Positions 1 to 9,185 of a stretch of DNA of 41,374 bases are shown piece by piece. Position numbers and translations under genes: made by a program. The stretch is taken from positions 1 through 41,374 of IMG/VR virus record IMGVR_UViG_3300046772_000048; one strand, given 5' to 3'. The first letter of the stretch is position 1. Every line of letters begins with the position of its first letter. The notes below the pieces were generated by a model that saw only the letters and a list, made by a program, of their open reading frames with translations, did not search any database and was not told where the DNA came from. The stretch comes from a virus (Duplodnaviria > Caudoviricetes).

Positions 1-15
1 ATTTTCATCCTCTGT

Positions 16-60
16 AAAAAACAAATCCGTCTCTATCCCAAGACAAGACGGAGTGTTTTT
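16..60 (-). terminator. Intrinsic terminator downstream of nrdJ
   Basis: TCCGTCT(26-32)/AGACGGA(46-52) stem flanked by A and T runs just after the nrdJ stop. Confidence 0.7.
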
Positions 61-68
61 GAAGAGCA

Positions 69-2120
69 CTATTTATCCTTTAAGTTCTCTGTGATTAGTT
101 TTACTTCGCAAGCGTCTGTTACGCAATAGTTTTCACCGGCTGCTTCTACACCCATTCCTGCGTAGATACCTGAGAAGTCAATAGGGAACAACTTCATAGT
201 TCCTTCTTCTTCATATTCCTTCTCGGTAATCTGGGTGTAAGGCATTTGAGGATAAGAGAAGTTTCCTGAAGGTAGGAAAGAGACAGTCTTGAGTTGGCCG
301 TCATACATATGTAGAACAGTGTCAACGTGCTCTGCTTCGGTCTCTGGGTCAAAGGAGACAGTTACTGAAACTGAGTTATCAGACCAATAGCGTTGTGCTG
401 TTGCAGCAAGTGCCATCTTTTCAAAGATAGTGACGTCTCGTTCCGCACGCTTTGCATCAGACTTGATTGGGAAGAAGACGACAGAAGTTGTATCAGGAGA
501 TTCTGATGCTGGTTCAACACGATAGTTAGCCATCTTAAATAGCGTAAGCATTGGGTCGTTGTTAGCAAAACGAATTGCGCGATTGAAGTATTCGCCACCT
601 GGAGTCCAGTGAACTCCTGGAGATTCACCTGCAAGAATTGAAACGGTGCCAGAAGGCTTAACCGTTGTCATCTTGATTGATTCACGAATACCAAGCCACT
701 CTGCGTAAGTTGTGTCGTAAGACTTGATAACTTGATAGCCCTCGTCCATCCAAGTGCGAAGAACTGGAAGACCATGAATATCAGCAAAGTTAGCAACACC
801 TGACATTGAAGTTCCAATGCGACGATTGCGCTGCATAATTGCGTTTGTCTCTTCCCAGTGTGTTGGAAGAAGAGTGACGGTCTTGGCGTAAAGATAAGCA
901 AACTTGAGTGTGCGTAGATAATCTTCTTTTGATTCGTGACGATTGAGGTATGTCTCAACAAGTGTGCAGCACTCAAAAGATTCTAGTGATTGCTCAGCGC
1001 AAGGGTTGTATCCAGCGATGCGATGGTCTTTGTTGTTAACTGGGTCAGCAAGACGTCCGTATGCTCTTGATACATCCATCCAAACAACTCCAGGTTCACC
1101 ATTGCGAACAATGCCATCAATGATTGGGTTGAAGTCTGTTCCAACAGATACCTCTACAGAGTTGTTTGACATCCATGCCCAGCCAGGAGATGCAGGGTCG
1201 TAGGAGTTGCGCTCTGGATAAACTTCAGCGTTTTTTAGATTAAGAAAATCAGGGTCGTCAATACGACCAATAAGTAATTCAGCAGAGCGACGAACGTTGC
1301 CAGAAACAACGCAAACGCCAATAAGATTGCCAATGTCAGCAATATCTTTCCTCGTAACTTTTTCACCAGCACGCCCCTTAAATAGTTTGTGGATGTAGTT
1401 GTGTAGTTTCTCTAATGGTTCGTGTCCTGCTGCTGTTCCACCAAAAGTTTTGATTGGCGTTCCTGCTGGGCGGATTTCTTTGTAATCAAATATTGGAGTC
1501 TTGCTATCTGGCTTGAGGTAGGCATTGATGAGGGTCGCTGTTGATTCAACCCATCCTTCTCTGGTGTCTGGGATGACATATGTCTCTTCTCCTTGTGGGG
1601 CATAGATTGGGAAATCTTTATCTGCTCCCTTGTCGTCAAATCCAACACCAACGCCAAGCATTGATGCTTCCATAAGAAATACAAATGGCTTTGCTGGATT
1701 TTGTTTTGTCATTTCTTTTGTTGAAACAAATGCGCAGTTCTGTAGAGCAGCAGAGTTCTTTTGAACATTGACAATCTCTGTTCCCATAACCCAGAGTCCG
1801 CGTCCTGGAGGGCTAAACTTCAATTCAAATAAACGGTCAAAGAACTCTTTAGCAGATGCTGCTGCTTTAGTGTCTGACCAAGGAAGACGCTGTTGTTTAG
1901 CGTAATCTTTTTGAATTGAGTAAGTTCCGTTTGTTACTCGCTCACAAACTTCTGCCCAAGTTTCTTTTGTTCCATCTTCTTTCTTACGAGAATATGTGCG
2001 TAAGAAAGTAATTTCTCCTACAGAGTTTCCTGCCGCGTCTCGGTATCCAAATGGTGCTTGCTTGTCTTTATAGGAGCCGACGAAATCCTCTGACAACTTG
2101 AAGGAAAAATTAATAGACAC
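69..2120 (-). CDS. nrdJ: Class II (adenosylcobalamin-dependent) ribonucleotide reductase, monomeric RTPR type
   Basis: 683 aa; TYSR, PPGRG, NPCAEQ thiyl-radical motif, TTVKPSGT, C-terminal CVTDAC cysteine pair. Confidence 0.93.
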   Translation of the reverse strand: MSINFSFKLSEDFVGSYKDKQAPFGYRDAAGNSVGEITFLRTYSRKKEDGTKETWAEVCERVTNGTYSIQKDYAKQQRLPWSDTKAAASAKEFFDRLFELKFSPPGRGLWVMGTEIVNVQKNSAALQNCAFVSTKEMTKQNPAKPFVFLMEASMLGVGVGFDDKGADKDFPIYAPQGEETYVIPDTREGWVESTATLINAYLKPDSKTPIFDYKEIRPAGTPIKTFGGTAAGHEPLEKLHNYIHKLFKGRAGEKVTRKDIADIGNLIGVCVVSGNVRRSAELLIGRIDDPDFLNLKNAEVYPERNSYDPASPGWAWMSNNSVEVSVGTDFNPIIDGIVRNGEPGVVWMDVSRAYGRLADPVNNKDHRIAGYNPCAEQSLESFECCTLVETYLNRHESKEDYLRTLKFAYLYAKTVTLLPTHWEETNAIMQRNRRIGTSMSGVANFADIHGLPVLRTWMDEGYQVIKSYDTTYAEWLGIRESIKMTTVKPSGTVSILAGESPGVHWTPGGEYFNRAIRFANNDPMLTLFKMANYRVEPASESPDTTSVVFFPIKSDAKRAERDVTIFEKMALAATAQRYWSDNSVSVTVSFDPETEAEHVDTVLHMYDGQLKTVSFLPSGNFSYPQMPYTQITEKEYEEEGTMKLFPIDFSGIYAGMGVEAAGENYCVTDACEVKLITENLKDK

Positions 2121-2194
2121 TTAGGCCCCTCTCAACGGAAAAATGATTGTTACAAACCCTTGGCGAACGCCTTGGACGGAAATACTAGCAAAGC

Positions 2195-2437
2195 CTAAAT
2201 GAGACGTAGTTGTGAGGACTCGTCCAACTTTTCATTATTATCTTCCTCAGGTATCTGATTAAGAATAATAGCGTTGGCTAATTCAAGCCCAGCAAGGAGT
2301 TGTGTAGGTAAACCTGCTTCTTTAACAACTGCAATTTTAGTTTGTAGTTGGGCAGAAAGTTTGTTTCTTGTTTCATATTCAATCCTGGAACGAAACTCAT
2401 CGTAATTGCTCCAACGAACTGCTACATCATCAGACAT
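2195..2437 (-). CDS. Hypothetical protein
   Basis: 80 aa ORF overlapping the upstream gene in a tight minus-strand run. Confidence 0.7.
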   Translation of the reverse strand: MSDDVAVRWSNYDEFRSRIEYETRNKLSAQLQTKIAVVKEAGLPTQLLAGLELANAIILNQIPEEDNNEKLDESSQLRLI

Positions 2438-2771
2438 GGTTTTCGTCCTTTTCTATCGCTTCTAAAATCAAGAACTCTTGTAAGTCTATAACATCAATTC
2501 CACAAGCGCGAGCAACCTCAACCTCAAGTAGAGCCCCAGAGGATTGTTGCCAGTTGGGGAGGGTTACAACCATTTGGCAATCTAAAACTGCTTTAATGTC
2601 TTCACGCATATAAGTCTCTTTAGGTAGGTCTTGTTTACCATCAAAACACTCTGCTGGATTGAAAACTTCGTAACCGTGTGAACGAATAAGTTCGGCGGTT
2701 TTATGGAACTCTGGATAATTAAAATCTGGATAACCAGTCATTGGCCCAGATAAATAAATCTTTGCTTTCAT
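2430..2771 (-). CDS. DUF4406 / nucleoside deoxyribosyltransferase-like protein
   Basis: IYLSGPMTG..FN, VFNPAE, W.QSSGA..E motifs; near nrdJ. Confidence 0.8.
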   Translation of the reverse strand: MKAKIYLSGPMTGYPDFNYPEFHKTAELIRSHGYEVFNPAECFDGKQDLPKETYMREDIKAVLDCQMVVTLPNWQQSSGALLEVEVARACGIDVIDLQEFLILEAIEKDENHV

Positions 2772-2778
2772 GATGTCC

Positions 2779-3015
2779 CTAGTGTCTATGAGTGTAGATA
2801 ATCAAATCTTTCTTTTTACAACCAGTATGTTCACACCACAATTCGCTAGAGTTGAAGTATGTAAGCATCTCTTCTAAATCTTCGCGGATAAGAACAATTT
2901 GGCTGTCGTCTCTATCTCTTTCAAACTCTATAGGATTTTGTTCTGGAGACCAACCCCTATCAGCCATAATCTTTTCGGCTATCTCCCAAAGGAGTTTTTT
3001 ACTTACCTTTATCAT
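2779..3015 (-). CDS. Hypothetical protein
   Basis: 78 aa ORF with ATGA overlap with upstream gene. Confidence 0.7.
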   Translation of the reverse strand: MIKVSKKLLWEIAEKIMADRGWSPEQNPIEFERDRDDSQIVLIREDLEEMLTYFNSSELWCEHTGCKKKDLIIYTHRH

Positions 3016-3233
3016 TCAATTTCTGCTTCAGCGTCTGTGCCTGTAACTAGGTGACCGATAGGGAAAGAACCTGCCCATAAAGCCAGACAATCCATTGAAT
3101 AGAAATAAAGCATCCCTGTATTAGTAATAACGGTGACAAACTCTGTGCCTTTTGCTCCCCGTATGTAGTGGGTTGGACAATTCACAAAGTCGCAAGTAAA
3201 ATCCAAAACATCTAAATCATCCTCAAAAGCCAT
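3012..3233 (-). CDS. Hypothetical Cys-containing protein, probably leaderless
   Basis: 73 aa; TAATAT -10 box 6 nt before the ATG on the minus strand. Confidence 0.7.
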   Translation of the reverse strand: MAFEDDLDVLDFTCDFVNCPTHYIRGAKGTEFVTVITNTGMLYFYSMDCLALWAGSFPIGHLVTGTDAEAEIE

Positions 3234-3267
3234 AGGAAGATATTAACAGAAGGAGTAGGCTAAGAAC

Positions 3268-3942
3268 ATGACAACACACCGCGATGTAGTGATTTGCACT
3301 CCTGGACATTCAATGAAGGCTGCTTATGTAAAGAGCCTAATTCACACTATAAAACGCTTAGAAGAAGAGGGTATTAGTTATACCTTTGTCAGCGAATACT
3401 CTTCATTTGTTCCCCATGCTAGAGAGGCAACAATTCTTGCCAATAGAAGTGCAGGAGAGAAAAAGTCAGATTACTTAGATTCTCCAATTTTGCAAGGGAT
3501 TACCTACAACAAAATATTTTGGATTGACTCTGATATTTCTTGGACCCCTGATGATTTTATGAAGTTGTATAGGTCAGAACATAAAATCATCTCTGGAGTC
3601 TATGCCGCCACCCTAGATGGCGATTTATGTGTCTTTTATGAGGGCGAAGACAGTATGCCTAGATTCCATAAAAAGAAGAACTTTTTGGGATTTATCCCTG
3701 AAGGTGAAGAAGTTGTTTCTATCTTCACTGCCGGATTTGGATTTCTATGTGTGGCAGCGGGGGTTTTTGAGAGTATGGAGAGGCCATACTTTAACATAGA
3801 GAGTGTTTCTTGGCACGGAGTCTCTACATCTGTAGGGGAAGACTTTTCGTGGTGTATTAAGGCGAAAAGGGCTGGCTATGAAATTATGTGCGATAGGTCG
3901 GTAAAGGTTCAGCACCATAAAGAGATTGGATATGTCCTATGA
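3268..3942 (+). CDS. GT-A fold glycosyltransferase, probably leaderless
   Basis: WIDSDI (DxD), GFGF, GEDFSWC, C-terminal HHK; TAGGCT 6 nt before ATG. Confidence 0.8.
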   Translation: MTTHRDVVICTPGHSMKAAYVKSLIHTIKRLEEEGISYTFVSEYSSFVPHAREATILANRSAGEKKSDYLDSPILQGITYNKIFWIDSDISWTPDDFMKLYRSEHKIISGVYAATLDGDLCVFYEGEDSMPRFHKKKNFLGFIPEGEEVVSIFTAGFGFLCVAAGVFESMERPYFNIESVSWHGVSTSVGEDFSWCIKAKRAGYEIMCDRSVKVQHHKEIGYVL

Positions 3943-4607
3943 GTCCTGTAGAGGGAGAGAACAGAGTTTTAATTGCTACCCCTGGTTCTGGGGCAAAGAT
4001 GGAGTATGTCAAGAGTTTGGTCAAGACCTGTAGGGCTTTAGATGGGTGGGGCATCAAATATGATTTCATATCACAATACTCCTCTTTTGTGCCAACCGCT
4101 AGAGAGTTAACCGCTCTCAATAAAACTCAGCACGACTACTCCGAGGGAGTCGCGGTTGCTGGCGGTATTGCCTATAAGAAAATCTTTTGGATTGATTCAG
4201 ATATTGAGTGGGAGCCTGAAGACTTCCTAAAGTTGTGGGATTCAGAACTAGATATTGTTTCTGGTTTATATCAGTTGGACTCTGCTGGAACTGTGGCGGT
4301 CAACTACCCTAATGAGAGGGGAGTTCCAACGAGGGTCAATAAGGTTGAGTTTCTATTACATAGCGAACCCGTTGAAGTAGGGGGAGTTGGTTTTGGCTTT
4401 GTAGCGGTCAAGGCTGGGGTATTTGAGAAAATGGAGAGACCTTGGTTCCTGATAAATCGTGTCCAATGGGAAGAGGGACGAGAGATGCGAGTCAATGTCG
4501 GTGAGGATTATTCTTGGTGTGCTAATGCTACAAGGGCTGGGTTTAAGATTTTTATAGACCCCCTAGTCAAGGTCAAGCACCATAAAGAAATTGCTTATGA
4601 AGTTTGA
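3939..4607 (+). CDS. GT-A fold glycosyltransferase, paralog of preceding gene
   Basis: KIFWIDSDI, GFGF, GEDYSWC, KVKHHKEI; ATGA overlap. Confidence 0.8.
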   Translation: MSPVEGENRVLIATPGSGAKMEYVKSLVKTCRALDGWGIKYDFISQYSSFVPTARELTALNKTQHDYSEGVAVAGGIAYKKIFWIDSDIEWEPEDFLKLWDSELDIVSGLYQLDSAGTVAVNYPNERGVPTRVNKVEFLLHSEPVEVGGVGFGFVAVKAGVFEKMERPWFLINRVQWEEGREMRVNVGEDYSWCANATRAGFKIFIDPLVKVKHHKEIAYEV

Positions 4608-4806
4608 GAGAGATAAATATAAATCTATTATAAAAGATGTAGCCTCTGCTCCTATACATGTAAAGATAGTAGTTGGGCTATTAGTTCTATACCTAGCATC
4701 TCCAATAGATTTGATTCCTGACTTTATCCCTGTCATAGGACAAATGGATGATGCTTTGATACTTGCTTTTACTCTGCGATACATCAAAAAACATACAAAA
4801 AAGTAA
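4597..4806 (+). CDS. YkvA / DUF1232 family membrane protein
   Basis: YLASPIDLIPDFIPVIGQMDD signature; ATG at 4597 preferred over TTG 4591. Confidence 0.85.
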   Translation: MKFERDKYKSIIKDVASAPIHVKIVVGLLVLYLASPIDLIPDFIPVIGQMDDALILAFTLRYIKKHTKK

Positions 4807-4959
4807 TCTGACAACCAAAATATATCTGTTAGTTTAGAGTATGGTTGTCAAGTTTTTGGACGGATTTTGTCAAGTAATTTGACACTTTGATAAGTTATTT
4901 GTAGTTTATAAATAAAAAAATATTTGTTGTGGCTCTGAATATATTTTAGTGGAAAAATT

Positions 4960-5170
4960 AGCGATACTTAGATACATAAATACATGGTGAACCTTTTGGG
5001 TGGATTTGAGCGTATTTTATGTATAAAGGTATTCAAGTATTGCTATGTATTACATATATTGCTAAGTATATTTCCCAGACCTCCTTAAGGGCCCCCACGC
5101 GTACGTTAAGGAAATATACTTGGTAATACTTGAATTACATGACAATACTTTTATGTGATAGTATTAGGTT
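4960..5170. repeat. AT-rich inverted repeat with GTAT/ATAC iteron-like units; candidate replication origin
   Basis: TATTGCTAAGTATATTTCC (5057-5075) vs GGAAATATACTTGGTAATA (5110-5128), 17/19 complementary, around a GC-rich core in a ~500 bp non-coding gap. Confidence 0.55.
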
Positions 5171-5315
5171 AGAAAAAAGTGCTATTTGACAGTATGACGA
5201 TTATGATAGTGTTATAGTTCTTTTAGATTTTATTATTGCTGAAATTCATTGAATGTTGAATAGACAGATACTTGTCAGAGGGTGTATTGTTTATTTGACA
5301 AAGGACGGTAATGAC

Positions 5316-5558
5316 ATGAGTAACGGCTCAGATGAATTTCCAAAGGTAGATGCCTCTGGGATACCAACTCCTGTTTGCCCTGTCTGTGGAGGTGAGTGGT
5401 TAGTAATTCCAGTGAAGTTCTGTAGAGACAGTTACACCATTGGAATGTGGGGAGTAGATGGATATTGCTACTCCTGTAAATCAAAACTTACTGCTTGCAC
5501 TCCTTTAGATTTCCCTAACGGTTGGGGAAACTTTCCAGGAGGAGAAATTGATGAGTGA
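5316..5558 (+). CDS. Small zinc-ribbon protein
   Basis: CPVC...CYSC; AAAGGA RBS before ATG 5316. Confidence 0.7.
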   Translation: MSNGSDEFPKVDASGIPTPVCPVCGGEWLVIPVKFCRDSYTIGMWGVDGYCYSCKSKLTACTPLDFPNGWGNFPGGEIDE

Positions 5559-5742
5559 GCAAGGTAGAGAGATGGAAGGCAACGACCTGATTGATGAGAT
5601 GGCCTTTGCTTTGATGAAGTGGTGGTTTCCTAAAAACAAACCAACTGGTGATGATTTGGAGAAGTGGACAGAGATTGCCTTGGGAGATGCCAACGCAATT
5701 TATGAACACCTAAAGAAAGTTGGAGTGGTTCAAGAGGTATGA
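5551..5742 (+). CDS. Hypothetical protein
   Basis: AGGAGG RBS; overlaps neighbours in operon fashion. Confidence 0.7.
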   Translation: MSEQGREMEGNDLIDEMAFALMKWWFPKNKPTGDDLEKWTEIALGDANAIYEHLKKVGVVQEV

Positions 5743-5984
5743 GCGAAAATATAATGAGTTGGCAGTTTAGTGCTATTGAAGTAGTTGGGCTCTGGGTAAT
5801 CTGCTTTTTTGCCTGTCTATTTGCAATTGGCACTATGAGATGGTGGGATAGGGTTCTGAAGCGAAGAATGATGGAAGATTTCCTATCTCATATCCAACAG
5901 AAGATTCAGACTGAAGAAGAATTTCAAGACATAATAGAACAGATGCGGAGGGACTTTGGTGGTGGACCAACAGGGAACAACTAG
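5739..5984 (+). CDS. Small membrane protein
   Basis: One hydrophobic segment followed by a charged tail; ATGA overlap. Confidence 0.7.
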   Translation: MSENIMSWQFSAIEVVGLWVICFFACLFAIGTMRWWDRVLKRRMMEDFLSHIQQKIQTEEEFQDIIEQMRRDFGGGPTGNN

Positions 5985-6510
5985 CAGATGGAGTAAAGAA
6001 CAACTTGAGGTTCTAGCCAAGATGGGTATTGATGCTCAGAGCGCAGATAACATCGTTGAGGATTTGTCTGGAACTAGAAAACAACGCAGACTCCAAAAAG
6101 GTATCTGCATTTGCGGACACGGCGCTAATAGACATAAACGCAATGCTCAAGGTCAAGTTATTTGCCAAGTCAATATTCGCTACTGCCATTGCCACAAGTT
6201 CCGTGCAGTGATAACCGCTAGCACTCTCAACCCATTTGCCAGAGTCTCGGATGGCAATGCAACCCAGCACGCCTTGATTCGTGGGATAGTTGCATTGATG
6301 GAAAGTGGTGGAACCTTCAATTGGAACGATGGCGCATACATCTGTTCTGTCTGTGGAGTAACTGATGCTGTCTATCCAGTTATTATAGATGGAGAAGGTA
6401 GACCAGCCGAACCGAACAAAGATATTCTCTTTGACCGCTACGATATTTTGCTCTGCCAACAATGCGATGTAGCGCTACAAACAACAGGGAGACTTCCTAA
6501 CCATGAATAA
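5956..6510 (+). CDS. Cys/His-rich hypothetical protein
   Basis: CICGH..H, C..CHCHKF, CSVC, CQQC clusters. Confidence 0.7.
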   Translation: MVVDQQGTTSRWSKEQLEVLAKMGIDAQSADNIVEDLSGTRKQRRLQKGICICGHGANRHKRNAQGQVICQVNIRYCHCHKFRAVITASTLNPFARVSDGNATQHALIRGIVALMESGGTFNWNDGAYICSVCGVTDAVYPVIIDGEGRPAEPNKDILFDRYDILLCQQCDVALQTTGRLPNHE

Positions 6511-6817
6511 AACAGAGTTGAAAAAAGTCATTGCTGAATACCTAACTGGAATGATTATGGATGGAAGTCTAAAACCAGATTCCACTCCTGACTTGATTTC
6601 TTTTATAGAGGAAGCCATTGACAACAGAGAACAACATCTCATCAATGGACTTGCTGATTTGGCTCAGACTTGGGAAGCATCTATGGGAGAAGACGATAAA
6701 AGTCTATACACCCTAGGACTAAGACGAGCCATTGACTTGATTCGTGAAAGTGATTACAAGCCAATCAATGGTGCTGATGTTAGAGACTTCCAAAGGCCGT
6801 TTGACCACCGTGAGTAG
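6503..6817 (+). CDS. Hypothetical protein
   Basis: 104 aa ORF with GGGAG RBS. Confidence 0.7.
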   Translation: MNKTELKKVIAEYLTGMIMDGSLKPDSTPDLISFIEEAIDNREQHLINGLADLAQTWEASMGEDDKSLYTLGLRRAIDLIRESDYKPINGADVRDFQRPFDHRE

Positions 6818-6974
6818 CCACGTCAGAAAATCTTATTGCGTCCTATGCGATAGCAAAATACCAGTCAGAGTTACCTACCTCTATGAAAAAGAACTCAACG
6901 GTTGGCTATGTAAACCATGTTGGAATGACAGGAATGACGCACCAAAAACAAATCTCAAAAGCACTTTGCCCTAA
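6810..6974 (+). CDS. Small zinc-ribbon protein
   Basis: CVLC...CKPC; GTG start at 6810 overlapping the end of the previous gene. Confidence 0.5.
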   Translation: MSSHVRKSYCVLCDSKIPVRVTYLYEKELNGWLCKPCWNDRNDAPKTNLKSTLP

Positions 6975-7158
6975 TATTTTCTAATATTTTTTCTATACAA
7001 TAAACAATAGATTTAGGCTCTTTGCTACGCTCAAATGCGCCCTTGTTAAGTAAAAACTCTTTATGTCTCCGCGTTTTCACAAAAATCTTTTCCCATCATA
7101 TCTGCTAATGTCTGTTATTGACGTGAGAACCTTCCAACTCACAGAAACGAGTAACAAC

Positions 7159-7464
7159 ATGAACAAGGCAATGATTGAGTCCTACCTCCGCAACCTCCTA
7201 GGCCAAATTGTTGGCGCAGTGATGGTCGTCTCTCAGACAAGTGGAATTTCCAGTCCTTTAGAATTTGGACAGGGAGAGTGGCTCTTGGTTGCTAATGCTC
7301 TTTGGGCATCCCTTATCCCAGTAGCCCTTCGCTACGTCAACAAGAAAGACCCTGCTTTCGGCAGAGTCGCTACAGTTGTTGCGAAGGAAGCAGAGAAGAA
7401 ACTTTCTGCTGCCACAGCAAAGGCGACAAAGGCAGCCCCAAAGAAAACCGCCAAGAAGAAATAA
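7159..7464 (+). CDS. Putative holin (actinophage type) with Ala/Lys-rich tail
   Basis: SYLR..., two hydrophobic segments, LRYVNKKDPAFG, basic C-terminus; start moved to ATG 7159. Confidence 0.6.
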   Translation: MNKAMIESYLRNLLGQIVGAVMVVSQTSGISSPLEFGQGEWLLVANALWASLIPVALRYVNKKDPAFGRVATVVAKEAEKKLSAATAKATKAAPKKTAKKK

Positions 7465-7564
7465 TAAAAACTAAATAAGTGGCTTGTCCCGCCCTACGGT
7501 AAAAATAATTTATAAAATAATCCCGTAGGGGGGCCAAGTCCGTAAAGGGAAGCAAAAAGTAAAA

Positions 7565-8482
7565 ATGACCGACGACTTGGCACCAACTACAAACAACGAA
7601 GAAGAAGGCAGCGGCCTTCCAGACATCACAACACCTGTTGACCTTCGGCCTGACTTAACCGAGTTTGGTATTATTGAATATGACCGCGGCGTCTGCGAGG
7701 ACACCTTTGAGAACCGTCAGATACTCAGAGCCGCCAACTTCACCTGGGATTACGTCTACGACCAACTAGGACACTCAACGGGTCTCATCTCGGCTCGCTC
7801 CAAGGAACAACTCCGCGAGCGCCGGCTTGTCAATTTTTCAGAACGTCGTCCGCTGCTAACGGACCCAACTAATAACAACTCAGACTTCTTAACGGGCCTG
7901 GACCTCATCATTGACCGTGATGCTTGCAAAATCACCCCACCGTGGGTAGTTGCTGCCACCCGTGCCTACCTTGAGGAACAGGAACAAGGCGGGCCAAAAT
8001 CTGAACGGCGAGCACCTAAAGGTCTACCACATCGCTGCAAGACTGTCAAGTCTGACGGCTTGCGTTGTTTGATGTGGGCATCTGGTCGTCTCAAGGATGA
8101 CGGCTTGTGTCGCTACCATCTTAAGTTCAACCGTCGCCCTGGAGGAGACATTGAACGGGCACGTCAGAAAATTGTTCAGTCAGCCCCCTATGCTGTGGAT
8201 AAACTAGAAGAACTTCTTGATGCTCAGTCAGAGCCAGTCCAACTCAAAGCCGCTACCGAAATCCTTGACCGTGCCGGCGTGCGAGGTGGGATTGAACTTA
8301 ACGTTGAGGTTGAGAGTAACGGCCCGTCCCCACACGAGGTCATCGCTGCAAGAATGGAACAACTTAGGATTGCTGCGCTGCACGCCATCGCAGATGCAAG
8401 CCCAGAAACAAAAATCATAGATGCAGAACCGATAGTTGAAGTTTCAACTAACGGCGAGCCCGAGGAGGCTGAAGACCGTTGA
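7565..8482 (+). CDS. Probable terminase small subunit-like protein
   Basis: C-x9-C-x13-C-x2-H cluster then AVDKLEELLDAQSEPVQLKAATEILDRAG helical motif resembling many phage TerS proteins. Confidence 0.5.
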   Translation: MTDDLAPTTNNEEEGSGLPDITTPVDLRPDLTEFGIIEYDRGVCEDTFENRQILRAANFTWDYVYDQLGHSTGLISARSKEQLRERRLVNFSERRPLLTDPTNNNSDFLTGLDLIIDRDACKITPPWVVAATRAYLEEQEQGGPKSERRAPKGLPHRCKTVKSDGLRCLMWASGRLKDDGLCRYHLKFNRRPGGDIERARQKIVQSAPYAVDKLEELLDAQSEPVQLKAATEILDRAGVRGGIELNVEVESNGPSPHEVIAARMEQLRIAALHAIADASPETKIIDAEPIVEVSTNGEPEEAEDR

Positions 8483-8652
8483 CTACAAACAATTTCCTAG
8501 AGTTGCTCCAGGAACATGCTGACCGCTGCATCGCAGACATTCCAGAGGCAACAGACCGGCAAGCGCATATCCGCTCAACGGCTCGCGCTAACGAAGCACA
8601 GAACTTACTTGAACTTTACAAACTAGACCGTGCTGATGCACAGTCTAGTTAG
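8479..8652 (+). CDS. Hypothetical protein, 57 aa (not in ORF track)
   Basis: GAGGAGG RBS, TTG start overlapping previous stop, MTTNNFLELLQEHADRCIAD... Confidence 0.65.
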   Translation: MTTNNFLELLQEHADRCIADIPEATDRQAHIRSTARANEAQNLLELYKLDRADAQSS

Positions 8653-8743
8653 TAAAAAGTAAAAAGTCAAATCAAGGCTAACCGCAAGGCCGGCGTGCGC
8701 TTAGCCAAAAAGTAAAAAGCGGCGAGAGATTAGGAGCAGGTAT

Positions 8744-8902
8744 ATGGATATGGAGCAGGTATTAACCGATTGCTTCTGGTGTGGGACGCTGTATGAGAAA
8801 GCCGCGTATAACCGTTGCCCAGGTTGTTCAACTACAGTAGAGATGGGTGTTATTAACATAACCGATGCTCCAACCGCTGAGCACCAGGTTACTGACCAGT
8901 AA
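8744..8902 (+). CDS. Small zinc-ribbon protein, 52 aa (not in ORF track)
   Basis: AGGAG RBS; CFWC...CPGC. Confidence 0.65.
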   Translation: MDMEQVLTDCFWCGTLYEKAAYNRCPGCSTTVEMGVINITDAPTAEHQVTDQ

Positions 8903-8904
8903 CT
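8887..8904. promoter_or_regulatory. Palindromic operator-like site GTTACT-N4-AGTAAC
   Basis: GGTTACTGACCAGTAACT; 17/18 identical inverted copy at 33471-33488, partial copies at 18835 and 18995. Confidence 0.5.
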
Positions 8905-9185
8905 AAAGTTGTTCGCATCTGCTTGCAGCCAGATGGTAACAAATGATACTTTTAGTAAACCGTTAGTTGTAAAGATGTATTCGTCTAGCCAGGACTAACT
9001 GGCACACAAGGACTAATGGGACGCATCGGGCCAGGTAACGAGGAAACAACAGTTAATGATGTTGTTCGTAGTTGCAGGGCCGCCACTGAAACCTCCGCCT
9101 CCACCACCACCATCTCCACCTGATAGGCAAAAAGTAAAAACACAGATGTCTGCATCTGGGAGGAGCCACCACTGCAAGATGTCCA

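Noticed and set aside
69-2120. Intein or intron in nrdJ
   Set aside because: Length is normal for a monomeric class II enzyme and no splicing or LAGLIDADG motifs are seen
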